Assembly (NCBI GenBank): GCA_964372275.1
Contig: CAYJRR010000006.1
Location: forward strand, 53,012-73,011
Source of the DNA: an uncultured bacterium
Lineage (GTDB): Bacteria > CAYJRR01
Length of the DNA stretch: 20,000 nt
Reading direction: 5' to 3'
The notes under the pieces are model-generated. The model was given only the letters and a program-made list of their open reading frames with translations. It was not told where the DNA came from and ran no database searches. This document shows positions 8,384 to 17,187 of this stretch, piece by piece. Within the stretch, counting starts at the first letter, position 1, and every line of letters starts with the position of its first letter. The position numbers and the translations under genes were made by a program.

Positions 8384-9661
8384 CTACGGCGCGGCCCGGG
8401 CGGGATCCCGGGCGCCGCTCCACTCGACGCGGCCGGTGATCTGCATCATCACGAACAGCGTCAGGATCGCGCCGACGGTGATCGAGAGTCCGGTGAACCC
8501 CTGCCAGAAGAAGGTGAACGAGAAGAGCACCAGGTAGAGCGCCTGGGCGGTTCCCATCTCGCGCAGGGCGAAGCGCCACCCGACGAAGAGACGCGCGTAG
8601 GTCACCACCAGGAAGACCGAGACGGCGGCGGCGGTGGCGAAGGCGGTGAAGAGCTCCAGGTGGTCGACGAGATAGGCGAACAGGAGGTGGAACGCGAAGA
8701 AGGCGCACCCGAGGAAGAAGAAGTGCATGGGATGGAGGCTCTTCCGTTGCACGGCCGCGAGCACGGCCACCGCGAAGAAGAAGAAGAGCAGGCCGACCGG
8801 CGCGAAGAAGGTGATGCGCGACGCGACCGGGCCGGGGTTGAGGCGCTGCGGCAGCTCGACGCCGACGGCCGCGCTGGCGATCAGACTCTTGAACTCCCAC
8901 ACGCCGCTCCAGCGCCCGGCGGAGGCCGCGTGGCGGGTCGGGGAGACGGTGCCGGCGGGGAAATCGATCGCCTCGGTGTCGGCCGTCATCGCGAGCCGGA
9001 ACTCCCGCACCTGGCCCGTACCGGCCGTGAGCGCGTAGTGCCAGGTGCTCGTGCCCCGCGTCCGATATCGCACCCGGTACTCCTTCCGTTCCTTCGGCGC
9101 GAAGGTCGCCTTCCACGAGGCGCCGTCGGGTGACACCGTCGTCGCGACCGAGGCGCCGTCCGGCGTGGTCACCTGGAAATCGTCGAAGCCGGCGTTGGTC
9201 GACGAGAGCGGGAACAGCAGTTCGACCGACCGCGCCTCGGCCGACGGGTTCTCGAAGGCGAAGCGGCCGCGGAAGTCGACGCCGTAGGTCGGGAACCAGA
9301 GCAGTCCCTTGCGGCGGTGCTCCAACGCGAGGTCGACCTCGACCTGGGATCCGGCGAGGGGGACCGGGATCTCGTCGACCACCTCCCGTTCGATGACCGC
9401 CTGCGCCGTCGGGGCCGGGATCGTGTTCCCTCGAGCGTCGGTCTGCAGCGGGAGAGAACGAACGACCTCTTTCGCCGTACGGGTCACCCGGTAGAATGCG
9501 CGCGGCGGATTCTGCGTCGCCGGCGCCCCCCAGAGCCGGTGCACTTCGTCGAGAAGGCGGTACGACTTCTCGCCGCTGCGCGTCACCAGCGTCGAGCCGA
9601 GCACCATCCACGCGACCAGGCAGCCGATCCAGACGAAGCCGATCGAGAGGAGTCTCATCAT
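8384..9661 (-). CDS. creD: CreD-family inner membrane protein
   Basis: N-terminal TM, a large periplasmic domain (RRKGLLWFPTY), and about six C-terminal TMs with LHPMHFFFLG…FHLLFAYL, matching CreD architecture. Confidence 0.75.
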   Translation of the reverse strand: MMRLLSIGFVWIGCLVAWMVLGSTLVTRSGEKSYRLLDEVHRLWGAPATQNPPRAFYRVTRTAKEVVRSLPLQTDARGNTIPAPTAQAVIEREVVDEIPVPLAGSQVEVDLALEHRRKGLLWFPTYGVDFRGRFAFENPSAEARSVELLFPLSSTNAGFDDFQVTTPDGASVATTVSPDGASWKATFAPKERKEYRVRYRTRGTSTWHYALTAGTGQVREFRLAMTADTEAIDFPAGTVSPTRHAASAGRWSGVWEFKSLIASAAVGVELPQRLNPGPVASRITFFAPVGLLFFFFAVAVLAAVQRKSLHPMHFFFLGCAFFAFHLLFAYLVDHLELFTAFATAAAVSVFLVVTYARLFVGWRFALREMGTAQALYLVLFSFTFFWQGFTGLSITVGAILTLFVMMQITGRVEWSGARDPARAAP

Positions 9662-9676
9662 GGTGCCCCCCGTCGG

Positions 9677-9692
9677 AGCAGCGATCGCGCCA
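9677..9692 (-). promoter_or_regulatory. Putative sigma54 promoter for creD-like gene
   Basis: TGGCGCGATCGCTGCT = GG-N10-GC, 15 nt upstream of ATG 9661. Confidence 0.5.
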
Positions 9693-9796
9693 ACATCGGG
9701 CCGTCGAACGCGCAGGGAAATTCCGGAAACTGTGTGGCACGCGGGCCACGCGACGTGGTCGGGTTGCCGCGGCGATCCGCGCGAGCGCCGGTGACC

Positions 9797-11410
9797 TCAG
9801 CCTCCGGCGGCGAGCGAGGCGAGCAGCGCCTCCGCGGCGCGCATGCCGTCGACCGCGGCGGAGGTGATCCCACCGGCATAGCCCGCCCCTTCGCCGACCG
9901 GATAGAGGCCGCGCACACCGACCGAATCCCCCTCCGGAGTGCGCGGGATCCGCACCGGCGCCGAGACGCGGCTCTCCACGCCCACCAGCACCGCGTCATC
10001 GCCGGCGAAGCCCGGCATCGTCTTGTCGAACGCGCGGAGGCTCGACCGAAGGGCGCGCGTGACGAACGCCGGAAGACATCGGGAGAGGTCCCCCGGCGTC
10101 ACCCCGGGGAGGTAGGTCGTCTCGAGGTCGACGTCGCTCGGCCGGCCGCGAAGGAAGTCGGAGGCGCGCTGCGCCGGGGCGCGGAAACCGCCGCCGCCGA
10201 CCTCGAAGGCGAGCCGCTCGTAGTGGCGCTGGAACTCGATGCTGTCGAACGGGCCGGGCGCGCGTCCCTCCGGCGCGTAGTCCTCCGGACGGACGCCGAC
10301 CACCAGCCCGGCGTTCGCGCGGCGCCCGGGGCGGCCCGACGCGCTCATCCCGTTGGTGACGACCGTTCCCGGCTCGTGCGTCGAACCGACGATCAGCCCG
10401 CCGGGACACATGCAGAAGGAGTAGGCGGCGCGACCGTCGTCGAGCGTGCGCGCCAGGCGGTAGGAGGCGGCGCCGATCCGTTTGTCGCCGGCCGCCGGTC
10501 CCAACTGGACGCGATCGATGAAACGCTGGTCGTGCTCGACCCGAACCCCGAGCGCGAACGGCATCGGCTCCAACCGCACGCCGGCGTCGACGAGCGCGCG
10601 ATAGGTGTCGCGCGCCGAGTGGCCGATCGCCAGGATCACGTGGCGGGTGCGGATCGTGGCGCCGTCGGCGAGCTCGATCGCGTCGACGCGTCCGTTCTCG
10701 ACGCGGAAGCGGTCGACCCGCGCGTGGAACCGCACTTCGACCCCGGCGTCGGTGAGCCGTTCCCGCAGGCGGGGGATCACCGCGCGCAGCTTGTTGGTAC
10801 CGACGTGCGGGTGGGCGTCGACGAGGATGCCGGGATCGGCGCCGTACTCGACGAACGCCTCCCAGACGGCGCGGATCCGAGGATCGCGCGTCCGCGTGTA
10901 GAGCTTGCCGTCGGAGAAGGTCCCGGCCCCGCCCTCGCCGAAGAGCGGATTGCTCTCCGGATCGAGCGCCCCCTCGCGCCAGAACCTCGCCACGTCGACG
11001 ACGCGCTGGCGGACCGGTCCGCCGCGCTCGAGCAGGACGCAGGGAACCCCCCCTTCCAGGAGCCGGCGCGCGGCGAACAGGCCTCCCGGCCCGAGGCCGA
11101 TCACCACCACCGGACGGTCGGGAGGCCTCGCCACGCGCGGAGGGTCGGGTGGCGGCTCGGGACGATGGCGCTCGACGCGCACGCCGAACGGCGGCGTGCC
11201 CCGTGGCTGTCGCCCGTCCGCGAGCGTCGCCACCACATGACAGGACCACGACGGCCGGCGCCGGCGCGCGTCGAGCGCCCTCCGCACCACGTGGCACTCG
11301 ACGACGTCCGCCTCCGCGAGCCCCAACGCGCGCGCCGCTTTTCCGGCGAGCGCCGACTCCGGCTCGTCGAGCCGCAGCGGCAGATTCTCCACACGGTAGC
11401 GATCGGGCAC
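9797..11410 (-). CDS. FAD/NAD(P)-dependent oxidoreductase (uncharacterised FAD-dependent dehydrogenase, COG2509-like)
   Basis: VVIGLGPGGLFAA Rossmann motif, FGEGGAGTFSDGKL, YSFCMCPGG, TNGMS, and GLYPVGEGAGYAGGITSAAVDG. Start inferred at GTG 11410. Confidence 0.92.
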   Translation of the reverse strand: MPDRYRVENLPLRLDEPESALAGKAARALGLAEADVVECHVVRRALDARRRRPSWSCHVVATLADGRQPRGTPPFGVRVERHRPEPPPDPPRVARPPDRPVVVIGLGPGGLFAARRLLEGGVPCVLLERGGPVRQRVVDVARFWREGALDPESNPLFGEGGAGTFSDGKLYTRTRDPRIRAVWEAFVEYGADPGILVDAHPHVGTNKLRAVIPRLRERLTDAGVEVRFHARVDRFRVENGRVDAIELADGATIRTRHVILAIGHSARDTYRALVDAGVRLEPMPFALGVRVEHDQRFIDRVQLGPAAGDKRIGAASYRLARTLDDGRAAYSFCMCPGGLIVGSTHEPGTVVTNGMSASGRPGRRANAGLVVGVRPEDYAPEGRAPGPFDSIEFQRHYERLAFEVGGGGFRAPAQRASDFLRGRPSDVDLETTYLPGVTPGDLSRCLPAFVTRALRSSLRAFDKTMPGFAGDDAVLVGVESRVSAPVRIPRTPEGDSVGVRGLYPVGEGAGYAGGITSAAVDGMRAAEALLASLAAGG

Positions 11411-11417
11411 GCGACGC

Positions 11418-11426
11418 GTTGTACCA
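11418..11426 (-). promoter_or_regulatory. Extended -10 (TGgTACAAC), putative leaderless start at GTG 11410
   Basis: TG-n-TACAAC is followed by 7 nt and then GTG, with no SD. Confidence 0.45.
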
Positions 11427-11541
11427 GAGGAGGCGTCGCGTCCACAGGTTGAGGCGCGGCCAAACCAGGAGGCGGGAAGTTTCGGTGGCGACCGGAGAGA
11501 CCGCGCAGGAGCCTCCCGTCGCGCTTTTCCGGAACGCGCGA

Positions 11542-11557
11542 TGGCACGGCCGCTGCA
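11542..11557 (+). promoter_or_regulatory. Putative sigma54 promoter
   Basis: TGGCACGGCCGCTGCA, a near-consensus TGGCACG-N4-TTGCA, 14 nt before ATG 11572. Confidence 0.7.
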
Positions 11558-11571
11558 CGCGCCGGCCGGCC

Positions 11572-12312
11572 ATGAACGCCACGATCGATCGGATTCGAAC
11601 GGCATCTCTCGCCGCAATGCTCTGCCTGGCCACCTCCGCCGACGCCGCGGACGGGCCCCCGTCGCGCTCGGAAGAGGTGCGGGTATCCGGGGTCGTGCTC
11701 CGGGACATCCGGTTCCAGGACGGACGGCTGGAGCACCTGGTCAAGATCCAGAGCCTCGACGACGGGCAGGCGCCGGTGGAACGCCCGCAGGAGTTCGTCG
11801 TCTGCTGCCAGTCCGCGTCGGCGCTTCGCGCGTTCGACGGCGCGGCGGTGACGGTTCGTGGCACGATCCGGCGCATCGGCATCGACGACCGTGGCGTGGA
11901 GCGGTTCGAGCTGACGCCGACCCACCCGGAGATCACCGTTCTCGGACGGGCCTTCCTGGTCGACGACCGGGCGGCGGGAATCGAGTATGCGTCGGGGATG
12001 TGGGGGCTCGGACCCGGCCGCGTCGCCTACGTGCCGCCGAGCGATGCGAAGGTGGCGGAGCTGATGAAGAACTCCCACCCGAACAACGGGACGCAGCTCC
12101 TCGCGATCGACATCCGCGTGGCGCTCTTCGGACAACCCGGGGGTGCGCGCGTCACCGGGATCAAGCCGGATGCGCGCTTCACAATCGACGGCACCAACGT
12201 GCGCCGCAGCGACTGGTCGACGATGACGCCGGAACAGCGCGCCGCGGCCCAGGAGTCGCTGAAGTTCCCGGAGGCGATCCGCCCGGTGTACGGCGCCGGC
12301 ACCACGCGCTAG
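11572..12312 (+). CDS. Secreted hypothetical protein, beta-rich
   Basis: ATG 11572, signal peptide (…ASLAAMLCLATSADA-A), high-GC3 codon usage, TAG at 12310-12312. The ORF-track extension to 11149 is antisense to the oxidoreductase. Confidence 0.75.
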   Translation: MNATIDRIRTASLAAMLCLATSADAADGPPSRSEEVRVSGVVLRDIRFQDGRLEHLVKIQSLDDGQAPVERPQEFVVCCQSASALRAFDGAAVTVRGTIRRIGIDDRGVERFELTPTHPEITVLGRAFLVDDRAAGIEYASGMWGLGPGRVAYVPPSDAKVAELMKNSHPNNGTQLLAIDIRVALFGQPGGARVTGIKPDARFTIDGTNVRRSDWSTMTPEQRAAAQESLKFPEAIRPVYGAGTTR

Positions 12313-12542
12313 TACCGCGTTGTCGAGATCTACGAATTCTTTCGTCGACGGGTCGTCCCTCGGACGCGTCCGAAGTCTGCGGGAACGTACTCGGTCGCGG
12401 CCCCAACCGCGGCAGCGGCGTCGAGAATCCGGCCGTCGCGAAAGTTCGGTGGCTTGCGTCGGGTGGATTCCCGGCGCCACGGCGTCCCGCTCCGCCACGC
12501 AAGCGCCCGGAATCGGCGGCAATCGCGTCCGTGCGGCATCCG

Positions 12543-12558
12543 TGGCACACCCGCTGCA
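12543..12558 (+). promoter_or_regulatory. Putative sigma54 promoter
   Basis: TGGCACACCCGCTGCA = GG-N10-GC, about 55 nt upstream of ATG 12613. Confidence 0.7.
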
Positions 12559-12612
12559 AAACCTCCCGAGCCGAACGCTTTCGGAGCCCAGCCCCCGAGG
12601 GAGGAGATCGCC

Positions 12613-14022
12613 ATGAGGAGAGAACGGATTCGCACGAAGCCGATTTCAACGCTGCTGCTCACCGCCGCGCTGCTTCCGGCGGCCGCCATGGGGCGGCCGG
12701 TGGTCGACGGACACTGCGGCGCCGACGGCGATGGTCCGCTCTCCGACATCGAAGCGGTCATCGACTACGCCCCGACCCACTACAGCAAGACGACGGTCGT
12801 GGGGGACGCCCTTCCGCGCGCGGTCGCCTGCTGGCTCCTTTCGCGAGCGTGGAGCGAGCATCCGGTCGCGATCGAGGCGTTCGCCGACGAGGACGGGCTC
12901 GTCACCGTGGCCCGATTGAAGGCTCTCGCCAACGATCCGCGCCGCGCCGAGATCGATCGCGCCGGTGCCCAGGCGGTGCTCGACCTTCTTCCGCTCTTCG
13001 ATACCGCCTCCGGCGAGGGACGGCCGGACGGCAAGATCGGCTCGACCGACGCGTTGGCGTTGGCGACGAACAGCGGGCTGGGCGCGATCCGGGCGCGAAG
13101 CGACGCGGCGGTCGGATTCCTGGCGATGATGTTCAAGCCCGACTTCGCCTGGGCCGACGCCATGGGGTCCGGCACGGCCGACGGCAAGATCGACCGTGAG
13201 GACCTGCGCGCCGTCGCGCGCCGCGAAGGGGAGTGGGAAGGCGCCTGCATGGTCCGCGAGGGAGCCGACGCGATCCTGGAGAATTTCGATCTCTTCGACC
13301 GGACGATCCGGTACGGCGAAGGCGGGGACCCCCGGGATGGCGGCATCTCCGAGTCCGAGCTCGCCGCGCGGGCCGACTACCGCGCCCTTTCTCCGGTGCG
13401 CTTCGACGAGGCGCTCGGCGTCGGCTTCCGCCACGCGATGACGAGGACCGGACCGCGCTCCTGGGAGATCCGCTACGGCGAACGCCGGCCGGGGGACTAC
13501 GCGAGCCGACCGGTGAACGAGACCCGTTGGCTGGGGTGGGGCGAGGACAACATCCTCACCCTCACCGACGCTCGCGGGAACGTGGCGCACACCTACCTCG
13601 ACGTGAAGGGCCTCACGAGTCCTGCGACGCAAATGATGATCACGGAGGCGGCGCGCACGCTGCGGATCGCACTCGACGGTCCGGCCGACCGCTTTGACGG
13701 CCGCACGCACCCGAAGGGGCCGACCAACTGGTACCTGAGCCAGCTCAACGTCTCCTTCTCCAACGAGCAGACGGGAGAGGAGCTGTTGGACACGCCCGAC
13801 ATGCAGATTGGTGGCGTCGAGGTCCCCCGTCGCTTCGTGACCACCGAGGGCGAGTTCACGGTCGTGCAATCCGAGGGCCGGTTGATCCTGACCGGACCCG
13901 ACGGCCGCACGGCGAGCATGCCGTTCGCGCCGCCCGCGCCAGCCCGCGAGACGTCGCTCAACGGGACGGCGTTGGTGCGTGCGATCTATCTACTCAAGGC
14001 CCAACTCGCGTCCGGCGGGTAG
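12613..14022 (+). CDS. Secreted protein with EF-hand-like DGKI repeats, paralogue A
   Basis: SD GAGGAG before ATG 12613. Signal peptide, then motifs FDTASGEGRPDGKIGSTDA, ADAMGSGTADGKIDREDL and DGGISESEL. Colinear similarity to 14212-15537. Confidence 0.85.
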   Translation: MRRERIRTKPISTLLLTAALLPAAAMGRPVVDGHCGADGDGPLSDIEAVIDYAPTHYSKTTVVGDALPRAVACWLLSRAWSEHPVAIEAFADEDGLVTVARLKALANDPRRAEIDRAGAQAVLDLLPLFDTASGEGRPDGKIGSTDALALATNSGLGAIRARSDAAVGFLAMMFKPDFAWADAMGSGTADGKIDREDLRAVARREGEWEGACMVREGADAILENFDLFDRTIRYGEGGDPRDGGISESELAARADYRALSPVRFDEALGVGFRHAMTRTGPRSWEIRYGERRPGDYASRPVNETRWLGWGEDNILTLTDARGNVAHTYLDVKGLTSPATQMMITEAARTLRIALDGPADRFDGRTHPKGPTNWYLSQLNVSFSNEQTGEELLDTPDMQIGGVEVPRRFVTTEGEFTVVQSEGRLILTGPDGRTASMPFAPPAPARETSLNGTALVRAIYLLKAQLASGG

Positions 14023-14150
14023 TCGTCCTGGCGCACCGTCGTCGGGCGTCGCATGGACAATCCACCGCCAATTCCCCTTGGGAACAGGCAGGAACCACCC
14101 ACGGCGGCGAGCGGTGCACGTAACTGTGCGGCCGCCCGAGAAGAATGAAT

Positions 14151-14166
14151 TGGCATTCATCGTGCG
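14151..14166 (+). promoter_or_regulatory. Putative sigma54 promoter
   Basis: TGGCATTCATCGTGCG = GG-N10-GC, 45 nt upstream of ATG 14212. Confidence 0.6.
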
Positions 14167-14211
14167 TGTTGCCGGAGCGAACGATCGACGAACGCGACGA
14201 AAGGGACTCCG

Positions 14212-15537
14212 ATGAACAGCGGCCGACTCCGACTGCCGACGACGTTTCTCCTGCTGCTCGCCGCCGCGCCCGCGCGGGCGACCGACTGTCCCGCCGCGGG
14301 TGGGGGCGGACCGATCGCCGAGATCTCGGACGTGGTCGGCGCGGGCGCCGCGTGCACCTCGCTCTCGGGCGACGCCGCGAAGCGGGCGGTTGCGTGGTGG
14401 CTGGTCGGACGGGCGTGGGGGGAACTCCCGGTTCCGGCCGCGGACGCCCTCACCAACGGGGACGATCTGGTGACCGTTGCGCGACTCCGGTCGATCGCCG
14501 CCGATCCGCGCCGGAGCGAAGCCGACCGCGCCGGCGCCCAGGCGGTGCTCGACCTGCTGTCCGTCTTCGACACCGCTTCCGGCATCGGCCAGCCGGACGG
14601 AAAGATCGGATTCACCGATGCGCTGGCGATCGCGCAGAACGGCACCGTCGACGGAAGCCGCTTCACGAGCGCCGCCGCGACGGCGCTTCTGGCGAGGATC
14701 GTGGACGGCGAGTTCGCGACGATCGACAACCTGTCGATGGGGGGCGCCACCGACGGGAAGATCGGGACGACCGATCTGGCTCGAGTCCCGGTCGAGTTCG
14801 GGGGGATGGGGAGCTACGCCCGGATGGTTCGGCAGGCGGGAAAGGCGATGTCCGAGAACTTCTGCGCCTTCGACGGCCCGGACGGCGATGGGCTCCTGAC
14901 CAAGCCGGAGCTGCGGGCGGCGATCGACTGGCGGGCGATCCCCGACATGTCGTTCGACGTGGCGCTCGCGGTCGGCTTCTACCAGATGGTGACCCGCACG
15001 GGACCGCGCTCGTGGGAGCTTCGCACGGGCGACAAGACGCGCTGGCTCGGCTGGGGAGAGGACAAGATCCTCACCCTCACCGACGCCGACGGGACGGCGG
15101 CGCACCGGTATCTCGACCTCGACGGGCTCGACAGCCCCGCGAGTGAGCTGGTGATCACCGAGGCGGCGCGGTCGCTGCGAATCGCGCTCGACGGGCCCCG
15201 GGACGTACTCGACGGGCGCTTCTCCCCGTCCGGACAGGTCGGTTGGTACATCCACCAGCTTGCGGCGGCCTTCGGCAGCGGCGGCACCCCCGCCAAGGTG
15301 CTCGACACCAGCTACCTCAGCTACTACAGCTACGACCCGCCGTCCCGACGCGTCCAGACGGTCGACGGGATCTACCTCGTCGGATCGGACGGCAACACGC
15401 TCACGGTCGTCGATCCGGCGGGCAAGAAGGCGAGCCTGCCGTTCAAGGCGCCGGCGCCCTACCAGGAGAGCGCGCTCAACGCCGCCGCCCTGATCAAGAC
15501 GCTCTATTCGCTCCAAGCCGAGCTCGCCGACGACTGA
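14212..15537 (+). CDS. Secreted protein with EF-hand-like DGKI repeats, paralogue B
   Basis: SD AAGGGA. Signal peptide (…LLLLAAAPARA), then motifs FDTASGIGQPDGKIGFTDA, IDNLSMGGATDGKIGTTDL and FDGPDGDGLLTKPEL. Confidence 0.85.
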   Translation: MNSGRLRLPTTFLLLLAAAPARATDCPAAGGGGPIAEISDVVGAGAACTSLSGDAAKRAVAWWLVGRAWGELPVPAADALTNGDDLVTVARLRSIAADPRRSEADRAGAQAVLDLLSVFDTASGIGQPDGKIGFTDALAIAQNGTVDGSRFTSAAATALLARIVDGEFATIDNLSMGGATDGKIGTTDLARVPVEFGGMGSYARMVRQAGKAMSENFCAFDGPDGDGLLTKPELRAAIDWRAIPDMSFDVALAVGFYQMVTRTGPRSWELRTGDKTRWLGWGEDKILTLTDADGTAAHRYLDLDGLDSPASELVITEAARSLRIALDGPRDVLDGRFSPSGQVGWYIHQLAAAFGSGGTPAKVLDTSYLSYYSYDPPSRRVQTVDGIYLVGSDGNTLTVVDPAGKKASLPFKAPAPYQESALNAAALIKTLYSLQAELADD

Positions 15538-15589
15538 GATGTAGGCTTCGGCGGCGGATCGGAGGCCGCTCGCACGCCGCGGGGGGCGT

Positions 15590-15595
15590 TATAGT
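15590..15595 (+). promoter_or_regulatory. -10 box TATAGT, putative leaderless start of corA
   Basis: TATAGT is followed by 6 nt and then GTG 15602, with no SD. Confidence 0.5.
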
Positions 15596-15601
15596 ACCGG
15601 C

Positions 15602-16585
15602 GTGCTGCGTCTGTTGACGCTCGAGCTGTCGTCCAACGGAGTCACCGCACGCGAGGCCGCTCGTGACGAGCTGGCCTCGTTGCTCACGCGCGAAGACCGG
15701 ATCGTCTGGGTCGACCTCCACGATCCGACGGTCGACGAGGCGCGGGTGCTGGTCGAGCAGTTCCGGTTCCATCCGGCGGCGGTCGAGGACGCGCTGGAGG
15801 AGATGGTCCATCCGAAGATCGACGACTACGGGGACTACCTCTACGTCGTCCTGCACGGGATCCTGGACGAGAAGCTCTCGGTCGACGGATCGGTTGGGAT
15901 GCACGAGGTCGACTTCTTTCTCGGGCGCCGCTTCCTTGTGACCCACCACGACAAGGTCTCCCGCAGCGTGCAGGAGGTGTGGGACCGGACGCTGCGCCAG
16001 CCCGACCTGTTCCGCGCCGGACCCGACATGCTCTTCCAGGCGGTGGTGGAGCGGATGATCGACCGCTACCTGCCGATCATCGAGCAGTTCGACGAGCGGG
16101 TCGACCGGATGGAGGAGGAGATCTTCTCCGGGCACGCCGACGCGAGCATCCTGGAGCGGATCTTCGGCTACAAACGATCGGCGCTGACGCTCCGGCGGAC
16201 GGTCCACCCGCAGCGCGAGGTGGTCCGCAACTTGAGCGGCGGCGGGTACGCGCTGCTCTCGCGCGAAGCGCAGATCCAGATGCGCGGCGTGCACGATCAC
16301 CTCTACACCATCGCCGAGTTGATCGACTCCTACCGCGACCTGATCACCGGCGCCTTGGAGGCACATCTCTCGGTCACCTCCAACAAGCTCAACCAGGTGA
16401 TGAAGCGCCTGACGCTGATCACCACCACCCTGATGCCGATCGCGACGATCGCCGGCATCTACGGCATGAACGTCTCCGATCTTCCGCTCGCGCCCGGAGG
16501 CGGCGGCTTCACCATGATCCTGGCGCTGATGGCGGCGCTGGGCGTCGTAACCGTCGCCTTCCTGAAGTGGAAGCGCTGGACGTGA
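15602..16585 (+). CDS. corA: CorA-family magnesium/cobalt transporter
   Basis: WVDL…FRFHPAAVED…HPKIDDYGDY, LNQVMKRLT, the GIYGMN signature, two C-terminal TMs and a basic tail. Confidence 0.95.
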   Translation: MLRLLTLELSSNGVTAREAARDELASLLTREDRIVWVDLHDPTVDEARVLVEQFRFHPAAVEDALEEMVHPKIDDYGDYLYVVLHGILDEKLSVDGSVGMHEVDFFLGRRFLVTHHDKVSRSVQEVWDRTLRQPDLFRAGPDMLFQAVVERMIDRYLPIIEQFDERVDRMEEEIFSGHADASILERIFGYKRSALTLRRTVHPQREVVRNLSGGGYALLSREAQIQMRGVHDHLYTIAELIDSYRDLITGALEAHLSVTSNKLNQVMKRLTLITTTLMPIATIAGIYGMNVSDLPLAPGGGGFTMILALMAALGVVTVAFLKWKRWT

Positions 16586-16638
16586 ATGTGGGCGGCGATC
16601 TCCGCCGCGATTCCGCCCCGCGGCCCCCGGATCCGTTC

Positions 16639-17187
16639 CTATCGACGGATCCCCGCTCCCGCGGAAGCCGGGGCGGTGACAGGTCGTGTCACCCACTGCG
16701 TCTCGGGGGTGATCGGAATCGAAGGCGCGAGTCGCGGATCGGAAGTCGCGGCCGGCGTCGTCGGCGCATCGCGGCGGACGTTGGACCCGCGGTCGGCGAA
16801 CACGTGCCGGCCGCCGATCCTCAACAGGTTCTGAACGGCCTTCTGGGCGATCTTCCTCGTCAACGGCTTGGTCAGTGCGTCGCCGAATCCGGGCGTCGCC
16901 ATCGACACCCCGGTCGCGACGGTGTCGATGTAGGGACGGTCCGAATAGAGGGAGATGGCGAGCGCTTTCGAGACGGCGCCGATGGCGCCGAAGACGAGCG
17001 CGGCTCCCTGGGTGCCCGGGACGAGCGCTGTCGCGATCCCGGCGACGGTGGCGCCCTGCGCGGTAGTGTCCAGGAGGACCTTAAGCCGCGGTGTCGGCCT
17101 GGCCTCCCCGCGCGCCGGGGACGCGAGCAACAGGAAAAAGGCGCTCACCGCGGGGAGGTACCCCGACTTCGATCGACGATCCGTCAT
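16639..17187 (-). CDS. Small secreted hypothetical protein with hydrophobic Gly/Ala-rich helical segment and Pro/Thr-rich tail
   Basis: GGGAG before ATG 17187 and a signal peptide (FFLLLASPARG). It fills the gap between corA and the OMP gene. Confidence 0.65.
   Translation of the reverse strand: MTDRRSKSGYLPAVSAFFLLLASPARGEARPTPRLKVLLDTTAQGATVAGIATALVPGTQGAALVFGAIGAVSKALAISLYSDRPYIDTVATGVSMATPGFGDALTKPLTRKIAQKAVQNLLRIGGRHVFADRGSNVRRDAPTTPAATSDPRLAPSIPITPETQWVTRPVTAPASAGAGIRR

Noticed and set aside
9317..11936. 711-aa (+) and 646-aa (-) ORFs
   Set aside because: Shadows of the FAD oxidoreductase and neighbouring genes.
16590..16655. Hairpins between convergent corA and the hypothetical gene as an intrinsic terminator
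   Set aside because: Short GC stems without a U-tract; not distinguishable from background.
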